Shown: positions 19,726 through 30,743, numbered from the stretch's first letter. The stretch: DNA of 64,000 nt from an uncultured Chthonomonadaceae bacterium (GCA_963835065.1 CAWIEK010000046.1:32001-96000), one strand, 5' to 3'. Numbers and translations are program-made. The notes: generated by a model not told the origin, from the letters alone.

Positions 19726-20799
19726 TCAAAGTTTTGCAATCAGTTCGGGAATCGCCGTATGCAGGTCGGCTACCAGGCCATAGTCCGCGCTCTCGAAAAT
19801 GGGCGCGTCCGGGTTGGTGTTGATGGCGACGATGGTGGTGGAATCTTTCATACCGGCGAGATGCTGAACGCTGCCGGAAATGCCCGCCGCGATATACAGC
19901 GCGGGCGCGACTACCTTGCCCGTTTGCCCCACCTGCAATTCGTTGGGCGCGAGTCCGCCGTCTACGGCAGCCCGCGTTGCCCCCACCGCGCCGCCCAATT
20001 TGTCCGCCAATCCGCCCACAAGCCGCTCAAAGGTCGCCGCGTCGCGCAGGGGCAGTCCACCCGATACGACCACAGAAGCCGCCGTCAATTCGGGCCGCTT
20101 CGTATCCCCGGCTTCCAAACCGATCCACGTCGTACCCTGTGGCAGCGAAGCCGCGTCAATGGCGAGGCTCTGTACCTCGCTCAGGCTTTCCACCTGTTCC
20201 GGCTTCCCAAACGCCGTGCCCCGCGCGCTGAAAACCGCTTTCTCCCCGTCAACCTGTACGGTTGCCACGATATGCCCCGCGTACATGGGACGCTGAAAAG
20301 CGAGTTGGGATAGGGTGTTGGGTGTTGGGTGTTGGGTGTTGGGTAAGGATGAATTCATTGCCGATTGCGGGTTGCCGATTGTGGATTGGGCTTCTGTCCT
20401 GTTCCCTGTTTCCTGTTCCCTGTTCCCTACTTGAATCACATCCGAAAGCATCGGCAGGTCAAGCAGGGCGGCGACGCGGGGCAGTACGTCGCGCCCGAAC
20501 GAGGACGAAACGCCGGTTAGAACATCCGCGCTTGTCTGCCGCATGGCTGTAACGCATACTGCCGCCACTCGGTCTGCTGTTGGATGTGCCAACTCCGGCA
20601 GGGCTGTTACCAATACCCGCGCGGCTCCGAACCCGCGCCATTGTTCCGCTTCCGCGCGAATGTCCGCGCCGCCCACAATCAGCAGATCGAAACTGCCATT
20701 TGTCCAGTCTGCCACTTGCTGCGCGAACGTGATTGCCGCCAATGTGCCGGGCAGTACGCGCGCCCCATCCGTTTCCGCCAAAACCAATATATGTGTCAT
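19726..20799 (-). CDS. etfA: Electron transfer flavoprotein alpha subunit (with repeat-derived insertion)
   Basis: RPMYAG, VVVSGG, GATRAAVD, QVGQTGKVVAP, GISGSVQHLAGM. Confidence 0.95.
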   Translation of the reverse strand: MTHILVLAETDGARVLPGTLAAITFAQQVADWTNGSFDLLIVGGADIRAEAEQWRGFGAARVLVTALPELAHPTADRVAAVCVTAMRQTSADVLTGVSSSFGRDVLPRVAALLDLPMLSDVIQVGNREQETGNRTEAQSTIGNPQSAMNSSLPNTQHPTPNTLSQLAFQRPMYAGHIVATVQVDGEKAVFSARGTAFGKPEQVESLSEVQSLAIDAASLPQGTTWIGLEAGDTKRPELTAASVVVSGGLPLRDAATFERLVGGLADKLGGAVGATRAAVDGGLAPNELQVGQTGKVVAPALYIAAGISGSVQHLAGMKDSTTIVAINTNPDAPIFESADYGLVADLHTAIPELIAKL

Positions 20800-20819
20800 T
20801 GCTTCCCGCTTTCTATGAG

Positions 20820-21578
20820 TTAAAGAACTTTCGCTTCGTCGCGGAGGGCGGCGATGAGTTCGTCCACGCTGCCGACTTTGCGCCCCGGCTTACGGGGTGG
20901 GGGCGTTGTCAGCGTCACTATGCGCAGGCGTGACGAGGGCAGGGAAGCGAGTTCACCGAGGGGAAGGCGCTGCAAGGGCTTGCTGCGGGCTTTGATGATG
21001 GCGGGCAGGGCGACGTAGCGCGGCTGATTCAAGCGAAGGTCTACAGTAATCACGGCGGGCAGGGTGACTTCCAGCGTTTCGCGTCCCGTGTCCACTTCGC
21101 GGCTAACGCGGGCAGTGCTGCCGGACAGCGTGACGGCAGACGCAAAGGTTGCTTGCGGAATGTTGAGCAGAGCGGCAAGCCGCTGCCCGGTCTGGTTGAA
21201 ATCGTCGTCAATGGCCTGCTTGCCCATCAAAATTAAATCGGGGTTTTCGCGGCGGCACACGGCGGCAAGCAGATGGCTGATGACATTGGGATCAGACGGC
21301 GCCGCTTCCACATCGTCTGCAACAATCAGCAGAGCGCGGTCCGCTCCCATTGCCAGCGCGGCGCGCAACTGCTCCTCGCAAACCGCCGTACCGATGCTGA
21401 CGGCAACAATCTCAACAGAATTGCCCGCTTCGCGCAGGCGAACCGCTTCTTCCAAAGCGATCTCATCGAACGGGTTGATGACCCACGACAGGCTGCTTGT
21501 ATCAAGTTGGCCGTCGGGGGTGAGTTTCACGCGCCCATACGGGTCGGGGACGCGCTTAACCGGTACAAGAATCTTCAT
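20820..21578 (-). CDS. etfB: Electron transfer flavoprotein beta subunit
   Basis: MKILVPVKRVPD, INPFDEIALEEA, GKQAIDDD, LNQPRY. Confidence 0.96.
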   Translation of the reverse strand: MKILVPVKRVPDPYGRVKLTPDGQLDTSSLSWVINPFDEIALEEAVRLREAGNSVEIVAVSIGTAVCEEQLRAALAMGADRALLIVADDVEAAPSDPNVISHLLAAVCRRENPDLILMGKQAIDDDFNQTGQRLAALLNIPQATFASAVTLSGSTARVSREVDTGRETLEVTLPAVITVDLRLNQPRYVALPAIIKARSKPLQRLPLGELASLPSSRLRIVTLTTPPPRKPGRKVGSVDELIAALRDEAKVL

Positions 21579-21604
21579 TGATTATCCTTGAGTATCCTGA
21601 ATGA

Positions 21605-21650
21605 CTCCCCTCCTCCCAAATTTGGGAGAAGGGGTTGGGGGATGAGGGCT
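21605..21650. repeat. CCCCTC(T)CC...GGAGAGGGG-type REP-like hairpin
   Basis: cccctcctcccaaatttgggagaagggg; related element at ~8252-8318. Confidence 0.6.
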
Positions 21651-21791
21651 ACTGTAAACATAAGTATTGCCAGATTGTGCCTTCCCACTATTCGACAAAG
21701 CAGGCCGTTTTCCCTACATCCTCTACATTTAACTACGCAAATGGCGGGGCATTTGAACCCTTCGCCTCGAATACGCTACAATAACAATAAC

Positions 21792-23272
21792 ATGACAAAC
21801 GATTTTGCCCCATCTGAAACGAACCAGAGCCAATCCCCTGCCTCGGAAGAAGCGCCTGCTTCCTTATCCGGCTTGCTGCGGCGGTTGCCATCCGTCAATC
21901 ATCTGCTGTCCTCGCCTGCGGTTCTCGCGCTTGACGGCGAGGTTCCTGCCGGATTGCTGACGGACGCGGCGCGTTCTATATTGGAGCAAACGCGGCAGGA
22001 ATTGCGGGATGCGAACGGTACAGGCAAAGCAGAACCGCCTTCCAGCGAACGGATTGCGGCCCGTGTCGCTGCGGAAGCCTTGCGCCGTCACGCGCCCACG
22101 CTGCAAAGCGCCATTAACGCAACCGGCATTGTGCTGCATACGGGATTGGGCAGGGCGCGGCTGGCAATCGAAGCGCAGCAAGCCATTGCCGATGTCGCTT
22201 CCAATCACAGCATGGTGGAAATTGACCGGGAAACGGGACGGCGCGGGTCACGCCGGGATCATGTGCGCGGTTTATTGTGCGAGTTGACTGGCGCGGAAGA
22301 TGCTACGGTCGTTAATAATTGCGCCGGGGCGGTATTTCTGGCGGTTACGGCGCTTGCGCAGGCAAAGAAGTGGTTATTTCGCGGGGTGAATTGGTGGAAA
22401 TCGGCGGCGCGTTTCGGATGCCCGACATTGTGCGGGCAAGCGGCGCGACGCTCCGGGAAGTGGGCACAACCAACCGCACCCGCCTGTCGGATTACGAGGC
22501 TGCGATTACGGACGCGACCGGCTTGATTTTGCGCTGCCAGCCTTCCAATTTCGCCCTTGTCGGCTTTACGGAAGAAACGCCAACTTCAGAACTGGCCGCG
22601 TTAGGGCGTCGGCGCAACATTCCCGTTCTGGACGATCAGGGCAGTGGCGGACTGCTGCACACGGACGGCTTGGAACTGCCTGCCCTGTCCGGCAGCAAGG
22701 GAACCCTGCGCGACAGCGTACAGGCGGGCAGTGATGTGATCATGGCAAGCGGGGATAAACTGCTTGGCGGGCCGCAGGCAGGATTGATTCTGGGGCGCAA
22801 AGAATACATAGAGCGGATTGTGAAACATCCCTTAGCCCGCGCCCTGCGCGTGGACAAATTCACGCTGGCGGCATTGGAAGCGACCCTGCGCCTGTACCGC
22901 GACCCGGCAAAAGCGCGGCAAGCCATTCCTACCCTGCGCTACCTGAGCCGAACCGAGCCGGAACTGCGGCGCATGGCGCAGCAACTGCACCGACGCCTGC
23001 GCGCGGTTCTTCCTCCCGACCGTTTCGCGCTCGATCTGGTTTCGGACGTATCGCAGGTGGGTGGCGGTTCGCTGCCCGGAGAAAACCTGCCCACTGTCTG
23101 CGTCCGCCTGCGCGCCCTGAACGACACGCCCAATGCCGACGAAATTGCCCGCCGCCTGCGTCTGCACACGCCCGCCGTCTTCGCGCGCATCAAATCCAAC
23201 GCCATTTGGTTCGATCCGCGCACTCTCGACCCGCCCGAACTCGTCATTATCGCCGAAGCCATGCGTTGGTAG
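21792..23272 (+). CDS. selA: L-seryl-tRNA(Sec) selenium transferase, split by a 1-nt frameshift at ~22361
   Basis: LRRLPSV, INATGIVLHTGLGRA, VVNNCA then GKEVVISRGELVEIGG, EVGTTNRT, SGDKLLGGPQAG, VGGGSLP across ORFs 21588-22526 and 22319-23272. Confidence 0.9.
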
Positions 23273-23382
23273 GCATTAGGCATCAGGTATTAGATATAAG
23301 GCAGAAGAGAAGAAGACAGAAGACAGAAGCCGCATCCACAATCGTCAATCGTCAATCGGCAATCGAAAATCCTAACACCGCC

Positions 23383-24414
23383 ATGAACCAACAGCAACTG
23401 CAAACTGAAGAAAGTTCGACGCAAACCCGCGCAGACTCGTTTTCTATCCTGCCGCTTTTGGAGCCAACAGTTCCAGATATGGCGGCTGAGAACGCGCCCA
23501 TTGAGTATACGGAACAGGCAGTGGAGATGGAAACGCCGCCGGAGTTGGAGCAGACCGCCCTTGGAACCACGCCTGCCGATTCCTATCTGCTGCCTCTCCT
23601 GCAAGCGGAAGCGCGGCAACGCCAGCGTGATACCCGTAACATTCTCCTAACGCAATTGGGATTTACGGGCGCGCTGCTGTGGGTCGCGCGAACCGCGATG
23701 GTGTACGACGACGAAAAAATGCTGTATAAGGTGTTGGTCATTGCCCTGATGTGCCTGTTGATGGCTGCCATGTTCGCGCAGTTGTGCTACCGCTCGTACC
23801 GCCGTAAGCGCGCGCTTGCCGCAGAACTGGCAAAGCCGCAGGCGCTGGAAAGTATCGGCGCGCTGATCGAAGCAACCCGCGTGGAAAATAAGCAGGCGCG
23901 TATTCTGTCTCGCCGCGCTTTAACCGATTTACTGCCGCAATTGAAGGCCAGCGATACCGGCTTGCTCACCGATGCGCAGCGCAATCGCCTGCTGCACCTG
24001 CTGACCATTTCGCCCAACGACAAGGGCTACCGCGACCTGACGGAACTGTTTTCCCGGTCTGCTTACCGGCGCGAAGTGGAGGTGCGGGTAGCGATTTTAA
24101 AAGCGTATGAGCAGATCGGCGGGCCGAAAGAATTGGCGCAGGTGGCGCGGCTGGCAAAGGGGCAAATGACCTGGCAAAGCGCGGCCAAAGTGCCCATAGA
24201 AATACGGCAGGCCGCGCAGGAGTGTTTGCCCGCCCTGCAAGCCCGTGCCGGGGAACAGCGCGCCAGCGAACAATTGCTGCGCCCCTCCAGCGGCAGCGCG
24301 GTTCCCGCCGACGTTCTGCTCCGCGCCTCCGAGCATCGTCCCGACGTTGCCCCTGAAGAACTGCTCCGCGCCGGCGAACGCCGCATCCAGATAAACACCA
24401 GCGCCGGGAAGTGA
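23383..24414 (+). CDS. Hypothetical membrane protein with helical (HEAT-like) domain and C-terminal LLR(A/P) repeats
   Basis: Two TMs; tail EQLLRPSS...DVLLRASE...EELLRAG; paralogous to the next ORF. Confidence 0.75.
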   Translation: MNQQQLQTEESSTQTRADSFSILPLLEPTVPDMAAENAPIEYTEQAVEMETPPELEQTALGTTPADSYLLPLLQAEARQRQRDTRNILLTQLGFTGALLWVARTAMVYDDEKMLYKVLVIALMCLLMAAMFAQLCYRSYRRKRALAAELAKPQALESIGALIEATRVENKQARILSRRALTDLLPQLKASDTGLLTDAQRNRLLHLLTISPNDKGYRDLTELFSRSAYRREVEVRVAILKAYEQIGGPKELAQVARLAKGQMTWQSAAKVPIEIRQAAQECLPALQARAGEQRASEQLLRPSSGSAVPADVLLRASEHRPDVAPEELLRAGERRIQINTSAGK

Positions 24415-24998
24415 ACGTTGTAACTCCTTGTATGCAGGCAGGATTTTCCTTTACAGGCTCCCTTGTCTTGAACCATGATTTATGTGATATTGAGGAAAAA
24501 TCTGTACGCGCCGATGTGGAAGAAGCGTTGATTCGCCTGCTGCCACGCCTGCAAGCTAGTGACGCCGGTTTGCTCAATGTGGAGCAGCGCGCATGTTTGA
24601 ACAAGGCTTTGAACTGTGGTAACGAAACGCTGATTGTCGCCATTCTCCGGGCGTATGAACAGGTAGGCGATGCCGCCGCGCTGCCTTATGTCGAGAGTCG
24701 GGCGCGCGAAGTACCGCCTGTTGCTCCTGCTCCGCAGACTGTCGGAACATCGGAGCGGATTATACAGGGATTATTGGGCACTAAGATAAAAGCGTCGCCT
24801 TCCGCGCAAATCACGCAGGCGGCGCAGGCGTGTCTTCCCTATCTGCACGAACGGGTCGAATCGCAGCGCGCCAGCCAAACCCTCCTGCGCGGTGCAAGCG
24901 CAAACGAGGTTGCCCCGGACACCTTGCTCCGCGCCACGCAAGCCCATACCGACAATGCGCCCGAACAACTGCTCCGCGCCGTAAAGGATGAGGGATAG
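24411..24998 (+). CDS. N-terminally truncated paralogue of the preceding protein
   Basis: LLPRLQASDAGLL, VAILRAYEQVG, QAAQACLPYL, triple (T/Q)LLR(G/A) tail. Confidence 0.65.
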   Translation: MNVVTPCMQAGFSFTGSLVLNHDLCDIEEKSVRADVEEALIRLLPRLQASDAGLLNVEQRACLNKALNCGNETLIVAILRAYEQVGDAAALPYVESRAREVPPVAPAPQTVGTSERIIQGLLGTKIKASPSAQITQAAQACLPYLHERVESQRASQTLLRGASANEVAPDTLLRATQAHTDNAPEQLLRAVKDEG

Positions 24999-25105
24999 GG
25001 GAAGAAAAGAAGATATAAGCCTAATACCCGAACACCTGAATACCTGAATACCAACTTCTTCTGCATAGGATTGAGGGCCACTTTACCCGAAAGGAGGTGA
25101 CAACC

Positions 25106-26206
25106 GTGACGAACGTGACAACGAACAGCAACGCGACTGAACTTGTGGATCAGCGCCCGCGCCTGACGCATCTGGCGCGCGGCGCCGGTTGAGCCGGCAA
25201 GATTGGGCCGTCCCAACTCGCGCAGGTCCTGCGCGATCTTAAAATTTCCACCAACCCCGATTTGCTTGTCGGCCTGATTACCGGCGACGATGCGGGCGTG
25301 TACCGTCTGACCGACGAACTCGCGCTTGTGCAGACGCTGGACTTTTTCACGCCTATTGTGGATGACCCGTACCTGTTCGGGCAGATCGCGGCGGCAAACT
25401 CGCTGTCAGACGTGTACGCGATGGGCGGCAAGCCCGTGACGGTGATGAACATTTTGTGCTTTCCGATACGCGAGCGCGACCCGCAGGAATTGGCGCGGAT
25501 TTTGCAGGGCGGGGCGGACAAGGTTGCCGAATCGGGAGCCGCGCTGGTGGGCGGGCATAGCGTGGAAGACCCGGAACCCAAGTTCGGCCTGTCCGTGACG
25601 GGCTTGATTGACCCGCGCCACATCACTACCAACGCGGGCGCACAACCCGGCGACGTAATCGTGCTGACCAAACCGCTCGGCACGGGCATTGTCACCACTG
25701 CGGCCAAGTTCGACGAGGCCGGCCCGGAAACCCTGAGCGCGGCGATTGGCAGCATGGCGACCTTAAACGCGGGCGCGGCAAACGCCATGCGGCAAATCGG
25801 CATCGGGCCGGAACACGCCATCCATGCCGCAACCGACATTACAGGTTTCGGCCTGCTTGGACACCTGTACCAACTGGCGAAAGCAAGCGGCGTCGGCCTG
25901 GAACTCGACAGCAATTCCCTGCCCATGCTGCCCGACATCGAAGCCCTGATTGCGGCCAAAAACGTCACGCGGGGCGACCATGAAAACCGCGCATATTTGG
26001 GCGAACATCTCGTCATTACGGATAACGTTCTGCCCTGGCGTCTCAGCCTGATGCTTGACCCGCAAACGTCGGGCGGCCTGGCAATCTGCGTCCGCGAAGA
26101 CGCTCTGCCTGCGCTGCTGGACGCCCTTGCCGAACAGCAAACGCTTGCGCAAGCCGTTATCGGGCGCGTTGTCGCGTCACCAAAACCAACCGTCCGCGTG
26201 ATTTAA
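25106..26206 (+). CDS. selD: Selenide, water dikinase; selenoprotein form (UGA at 25190-25192 = Sec29)
   Basis: AAAGGAGGTG SD, GTG 25106, RLTHLARGAG-U-AGKIGP in frame with DDAGVY, QTLDFFTPIVDDP, ANSLSDVYAMGG, TDITGFGLLGH, DPQTSGGL. Confidence 0.93.
25218..25236 (+). promoter_or_regulatory. Candidate bacterial SECIS hairpin of selD
   Basis: tcgcgcag-gtc-ctgcgcga perfect stem, loop ~33 nt after UGA; resembles the GCAGGUCUGC apical stem of E. coli fdhF SECIS. Confidence 0.55.
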
Positions 26207-26230
26207 TGGTTTGCAGCAGGGACGCAACAA

Positions 26231-26335
26231 AAAGTCTTGTTGTAGGGGCGCTTGCTTGCTGCGCCCGTTCCACTTGCTGCGCCCATTCCGCTTGCGCCGC
26301 CCTGTCGTATGCTGCGCCCGTTCCGCCTAACGTCC
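26231..26335 (+). repeat. GTAG-type REP-like unit with degenerate ~18-bp tandem repeats
   Basis: gtaggggcgcttgcttgctgcgccc followed by ttgctgcgccc-like units. Confidence 0.6.
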
Positions 26336-26387
26336 GCCTGCGCGGATATAAACGTTTTTGTACACGCAATTCGTTCAGAAAGGCACG

Positions 26388-27542
26388 ATGAACCTACGCC
26401 GACTACAATGGAAGCGCACAGGGAAAGGCCGACGCGGTTTGCTTGTGGCGGCGCTGCTGCTTCGCAGGCTGCACCGTCTTTGTTCTGGCGCGTCGCGCAA
26501 TGATGAACACACTGCTGCGCCACGCCACGCGCTATGCCGATGTGGGCTTAGGCAGCAAAGTGTTTCTGCTGTCGGACCATGAAGCGCTTGTTTTATCAAC
26601 AAACTGCCAGGCATTCCGACTGGACATCGAACGCGGCAGCAAGGAACCCATTGCCCCACTCAGTTCCCTATTCCGCAAAGTGCCTGTAGGAAATCTGACG
26701 CTGTTAAGCCCGGATACAAAATGGCTTTGGGGTGGGATGGCTTGCCCCATCCCTTAATAACATCTTCCAACCCACTTCAGGAAATAATAACACTGGATGG
26801 TTCCAGAACAATGGCAGTGGGGCATAGACTGGTGGCCTCTTCAGAGTTCAAAGCCATTTTGGATCTCCTGACAGTAGTTCCCTAATGTATGTTGAGCGAG
26901 AGGAAGACCATTTTACACTCACTTGCAAGCCCCGGAATTCGGCGAAAGAGCAGCGTACAACCATAAAAATTCCGCCCGGTTCGCCACTCGCATTGCGGCA
27001 GCAGGACAAGCGTTTTGGCAGCTCTGCTTCGGATGTGGAACCGATTGCCTGGACGAACGCGCATCAACTGCTGATAGCTTCCTGGACATGGCCTTCCTCC
27101 ATAGCCCTTACCTTTTATGAATTGGACACGGACAAGCCGGCAAAGCCTGTGCGCTGGTGGAATGTGAAGACGCCACAAAACAGATATGCCGGAAAAATTA
27201 TACTTTCTCCGAAAGGAGATCGTCTGGCATGGCAGGCTGCAAGTGATTGGGAAAATGCAGGCAACAATCCTGCTTCAGCCGACTTGCAGACCGGTGGCCG
27301 ATGCTGCGGCGTTACTCAATGTTCAATCCACAACCACACTGGAAGCTCTCGCTGTATACAAGCCGCCTGGATGGCAGCGATAGGCGCGATTTGGGCAGCA
27401 TTGAGCAGCATGGCGATCCTATGAGTTGTCAGCATGCACCACATCGCCGAAGGAGCGTTGGAAAATCTTGCAATGGACGCCCGATGGAAAGCAACTGCTG
27501 TTTGTCTACTGCGGCACGATTTACACCGTTCCCGCGCAGTAA
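26388..27542 (+). pseudogene. Multiply frameshifted TolB/WD40-like beta-propeller protein
   Basis: Segments LLSPDTKWL, SPDSSSLMY, LSPKGDRLAW, LYTSRLDGS and LQWTPDGKQLLF fall in different frames; about 5 frame changes. Confidence 0.6.
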
Positions 27543-27668
27543 CCTTTTCGTTTCCGGCAGGAATGAACGGGAACGGCGCGGAACTTTGACAGTATCTCTC
27601 ATAAGAGTTTTCGAGCATCTTGATAAGTTTGCGCAATGTTTTTTCGCATTGGATTCAGGGGGTAAGAT

Positions 27669-28998
27669 ATGCAGCCACGATTGAGGACGCCATTTTCCAT
27701 CGCGTGGGCAGGGGGGATGCAGGGGCGGCTGTTGCTGTGCCTGTTATTTGACGTTTGCGCCTGGCCTGCCGCTTTTACTTGCCGCGCCACCCGCGCAGGC
27801 GCAGGGGCGGTTCATCACCGAGTACACGCTGGACAGTTCCATCGTGGAAGCGCCGTTCGAGTACAAGAACCATCAGATTTTCGTGCATGGCACACTGGAC
27901 GGCCACAAGGATTTGACGTTTCTGTTCGATACGGGAGCCAGCGCGCCCGTGATTGACCGCGCCCTCAACATTTCCGGCTACGGGTTGGGCAGCACGACCA
28001 TTCAGGAAGCGGAAGGAGTTACGTCCGCCGATCAACTGTGGGTCAGAGACCTGTCCCTGGGCAGTGAAAAAGCGCAGGCGCGGGTGCATAACATCGCCGT
28101 GCTTGTCACCGATTTGTCGCAGGTATCCCGCGTGTTGGGGCAGAAAGTGGACGGCATCATCGGCATCCCGTTTTGCGCCGGATTCGTCACCGAAATAGAC
28201 TATGAGAAACACCTGCTGCGCTTTTACAATCCCCGCACCTACAGCATCGCCTCCCGCGTGGGGGATGACCAGCGGACGTTTGTTTTTGACGTGACGCCCA
28301 TGAACCTGAAGCGGGCGGCGTCCAGCGTCCTGATTTCCGGGCAACTGCATCCCAAGTACGATTACGATTTTTTGGTGGACACGGGCTTTGGAGGCTATCT
28401 CAGCGTGGCGCACTCCGCCGCGCAGGAGTCGGGACTGTTCAAAACGGATACGCCCCATGTGTCCGCCACTTCCTACGGAGTCACGCGCAGTTTCCGCAGC
28501 GACAAAATCCGCGCCGGGTTTTTAATGCTCGGTCCCATCAATCTGTCGGGGCGCGTGGTTGCCGTAGATTACCGCAACAACGATGTGATCGGGCAAACGG
28601 GCATCGTGGGAAACCGCCTGCTGCAAAACTACCGCGTCACGCTGGATTATCCCCGCCACAAACTGCTGCTGGAGCGCGTCACGACCAAAGAAGAGGCCGA
28701 TGACGCGGAAATCCCCAGTTTCGGCCTTGTCATCCGCACGGACGGCAAAACGGTTCTGGTAGACGCCACTAAAAAGAACTCGCCCGCGCAGCGCGCCGGG
28801 CTTCACGCGGGGGACGAAATCGTTTCCATCAACGACCATGCCGTGCGCGACATGAGCAGCGTGGAAGTGACCGGCCTCCTCAGCGCGGGAACGGGCACTG
28901 CCACCCTGTCCGTCACTCCCGCCGCCGACCCCAACTTAGGCACGCGCGCCAAACCCTACACTGTCACGCTTGCCCCCCGCTCGCCGCTGGATTGGTGA
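27669..28998 (+). CDS. Secreted double retropepsin-like aspartyl protease with PDZ domain (probable frameshift near 27745)
   Basis: FLFDTGAS and FLVDTGF, DGIIG, PDZ NSPAQRAGLHAGDEIVSIN; signal peptide split over ORFs 27669 and 27748. Confidence 0.85.
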
Positions 28999-29132
28999 GG
29001 AAAAGGTTTCAGGTTTCAGGTTTCAGGGCAGAATACCTGCTGCTCCACCATACTTTGCGCAGAATACAAATAAAGCGAGAAGCATCTCCTGACACCTGAA
29101 ACCTGAAACCTGAAACCTTTTTCTTCCCGCCG

Positions 29133-29160
29133 GGAACTTGCAGCGCGGAAACGTCCGTAA
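29133..29160 (+). promoter_or_regulatory. Putative autoregulatory ECF promoter
   Basis: GGAACTT-16 nt-CGTAA 25 nt upstream of the ECF sigma start. Confidence 0.6.
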
Positions 29161-29185
29161 CCTCTGGATAGGAGGTAGGGAGGGT

Positions 29186-29755
29186 ATGGACCTGGCTAGG
29201 CTGTTTACGGGCGTCCTGCGCAACGACCGCAAGGAATTCGATGGGCTGGTGAATCGGTGTCACCGGCAGGCGTATAACGTCGCCTACCGCATGACCGGCA
29301 ATCACGCCGAAGCCGAAGACCTGACTCAAGAGACTTTTTTGCGCGCGTACCGCTTTTTCGACCGCTACAACCGCGATATGCCGTTTGAAAACTGGCTCTA
29401 CCGGATTATGTCCCGCGTGTTCATTGACGAACTGCGCAAAAAGCCAAAGTTTAAGACCCAGTCTCTCGACCAACCCCTCAATTCCAGTGACAGCGGCAAC
29501 TCCGAAGTGCTGCTGGAAATCCCGGACTTTGAATCCAATCCCGAACACATGCTTCTCACCGACGCGCTGGAAGAACACCTTCAGAACGCGCTCAACACCC
29601 TGCCGCAAGAGTTCCGCATGGCGGTCGTGCTGGCCGATGTGGAGGGATTGTCGTATGAAGAGATTGCGGAAACCATGAATTGTTCGCTTGGAACGGTGCG
29701 TTCGCGGCTGCATCGTGGCCGCAAATTATTGAGGAAACTGGTGGCGGGTAGTTAG
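29186..29755 (+). CDS. ECF RNA polymerase sigma-70 factor (RpoE/SigW-like)
   Basis: AEDLTQETFLRAY, FENWLYRI, EGLSYEEIAETMNCSLGTVRSRLHRGR. Confidence 0.95.
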   Translation: MDLARLFTGVLRNDRKEFDGLVNRCHRQAYNVAYRMTGNHAEAEDLTQETFLRAYRFFDRYNRDMPFENWLYRIMSRVFIDELRKKPKFKTQSLDQPLNSSDSGNSEVLLEIPDFESNPEHMLLTDALEEHLQNALNTLPQEFRMAVVLADVEGLSYEEIAETMNCSLGTVRSRLHRGRKLLRKLVAGS

Positions 29756-29768
29756 TGGCTAGTTTTTA

Positions 29769-30398
29769 ATGTCGAGGAGTGTAAGCGTGAACTGTCGTAA
29801 AGTATCGCATCTATTGTCGGCGTATATTGACGGCGAATTGCCGGGCGTGGAGCATCGCCAGATACATGAGCATCTGGCCGGATGCGCGGAGTGCGCGCAG
29901 GAGCATCGGGGGCTGGTGCAGATGAAGCGGATGCTGGCAAGCCTGCGCCTGCGCGAACCGTCCGCCGACCTGCCGCAGCGCATTTTGTCGCAGGTGTCGG
30001 CGCAGCCCACATTGCGCGCGCCCTGGCTCGATCAAATCAACCGATGGGTGCAGGTGCAGGGCTTGAAGCCGCAGTCGCTCGCCCTGGCCGCCACTTTCGC
30101 GCTCGGCGGAATCGTGTTCGCCTCCTATACCATTGACCGCATAGATACCAGCGACAAAACGGCTTCCCTTCAAAACTTGCCCCCGGCGCAAATGGCGTGG
30201 CAACAAACCTCGCCCCTGATGCAGCCGACGACCATCATAGATTCCGAAGTCTTGCCCGGAGGCTCCATGCCTAATGGCGGATATTCTAACCTGCCGAGCA
30301 TGAATCAGAGATACGACTCTATTCTTGTGCCCCCGCGCCGTTCACCGACGCAGAACTCTCTTTTTTACGCGCCGCCCATTTACCGCCGCCAGCCGTAA
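29769..30398 (+). CDS. Zinc-finger (zf-HC2) anti-sigma factor
   Basis: CxxVSHLLSAYIDGEL...HLAGCAEC plus one TM. Confidence 0.9.
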   Translation: MSRSVSVNCRKVSHLLSAYIDGELPGVEHRQIHEHLAGCAECAQEHRGLVQMKRMLASLRLREPSADLPQRILSQVSAQPTLRAPWLDQINRWVQVQGLKPQSLALAATFALGGIVFASYTIDRIDTSDKTASLQNLPPAQMAWQQTSPLMQPTTIIDSEVLPGGSMPNGGYSNLPSMNQRYDSILVPPRRSPTQNSLFYAPPIYRRQP

Positions 30399-30743
30399 GT
30401 CCGTTCGTGAGTGATGGGTATCGGGTGTTAGATTTACCTCCGTCAGCCGTCAATCCGTTCGTTGGCGCGTTTCCTGTATAGCCCTTTTCCTGTGTTCCTT
30501 TGCGCAAGCGCATAAGCAGGAAAGGGGCTATGCTTTTTCGGCAAGTTTCCATTGCAGTATTTTGGGCAAAATCTTACGCGCCGTAGGAAGTGGGCTGTAG
30601 ACTGGCGAATAGAACCTGTGTGGATAGAAATGTTTAGCGTTGTGCTTGAACCTTGCAGAACGGATGATGCTGTTCAAGCGTCAATACACGTGACAGTAAC
30701 GTTTAGCCCCTTGTGTTCATGTTCATTAGGAGGATCGTTAGCA

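Noticed and set aside
22340..22385. Programmed ribosomal frameshift in selA
   Set aside because: No canonical slippery heptamer was seen, and comparable single-base breaks occur in several unrelated genes, favouring sequence error.
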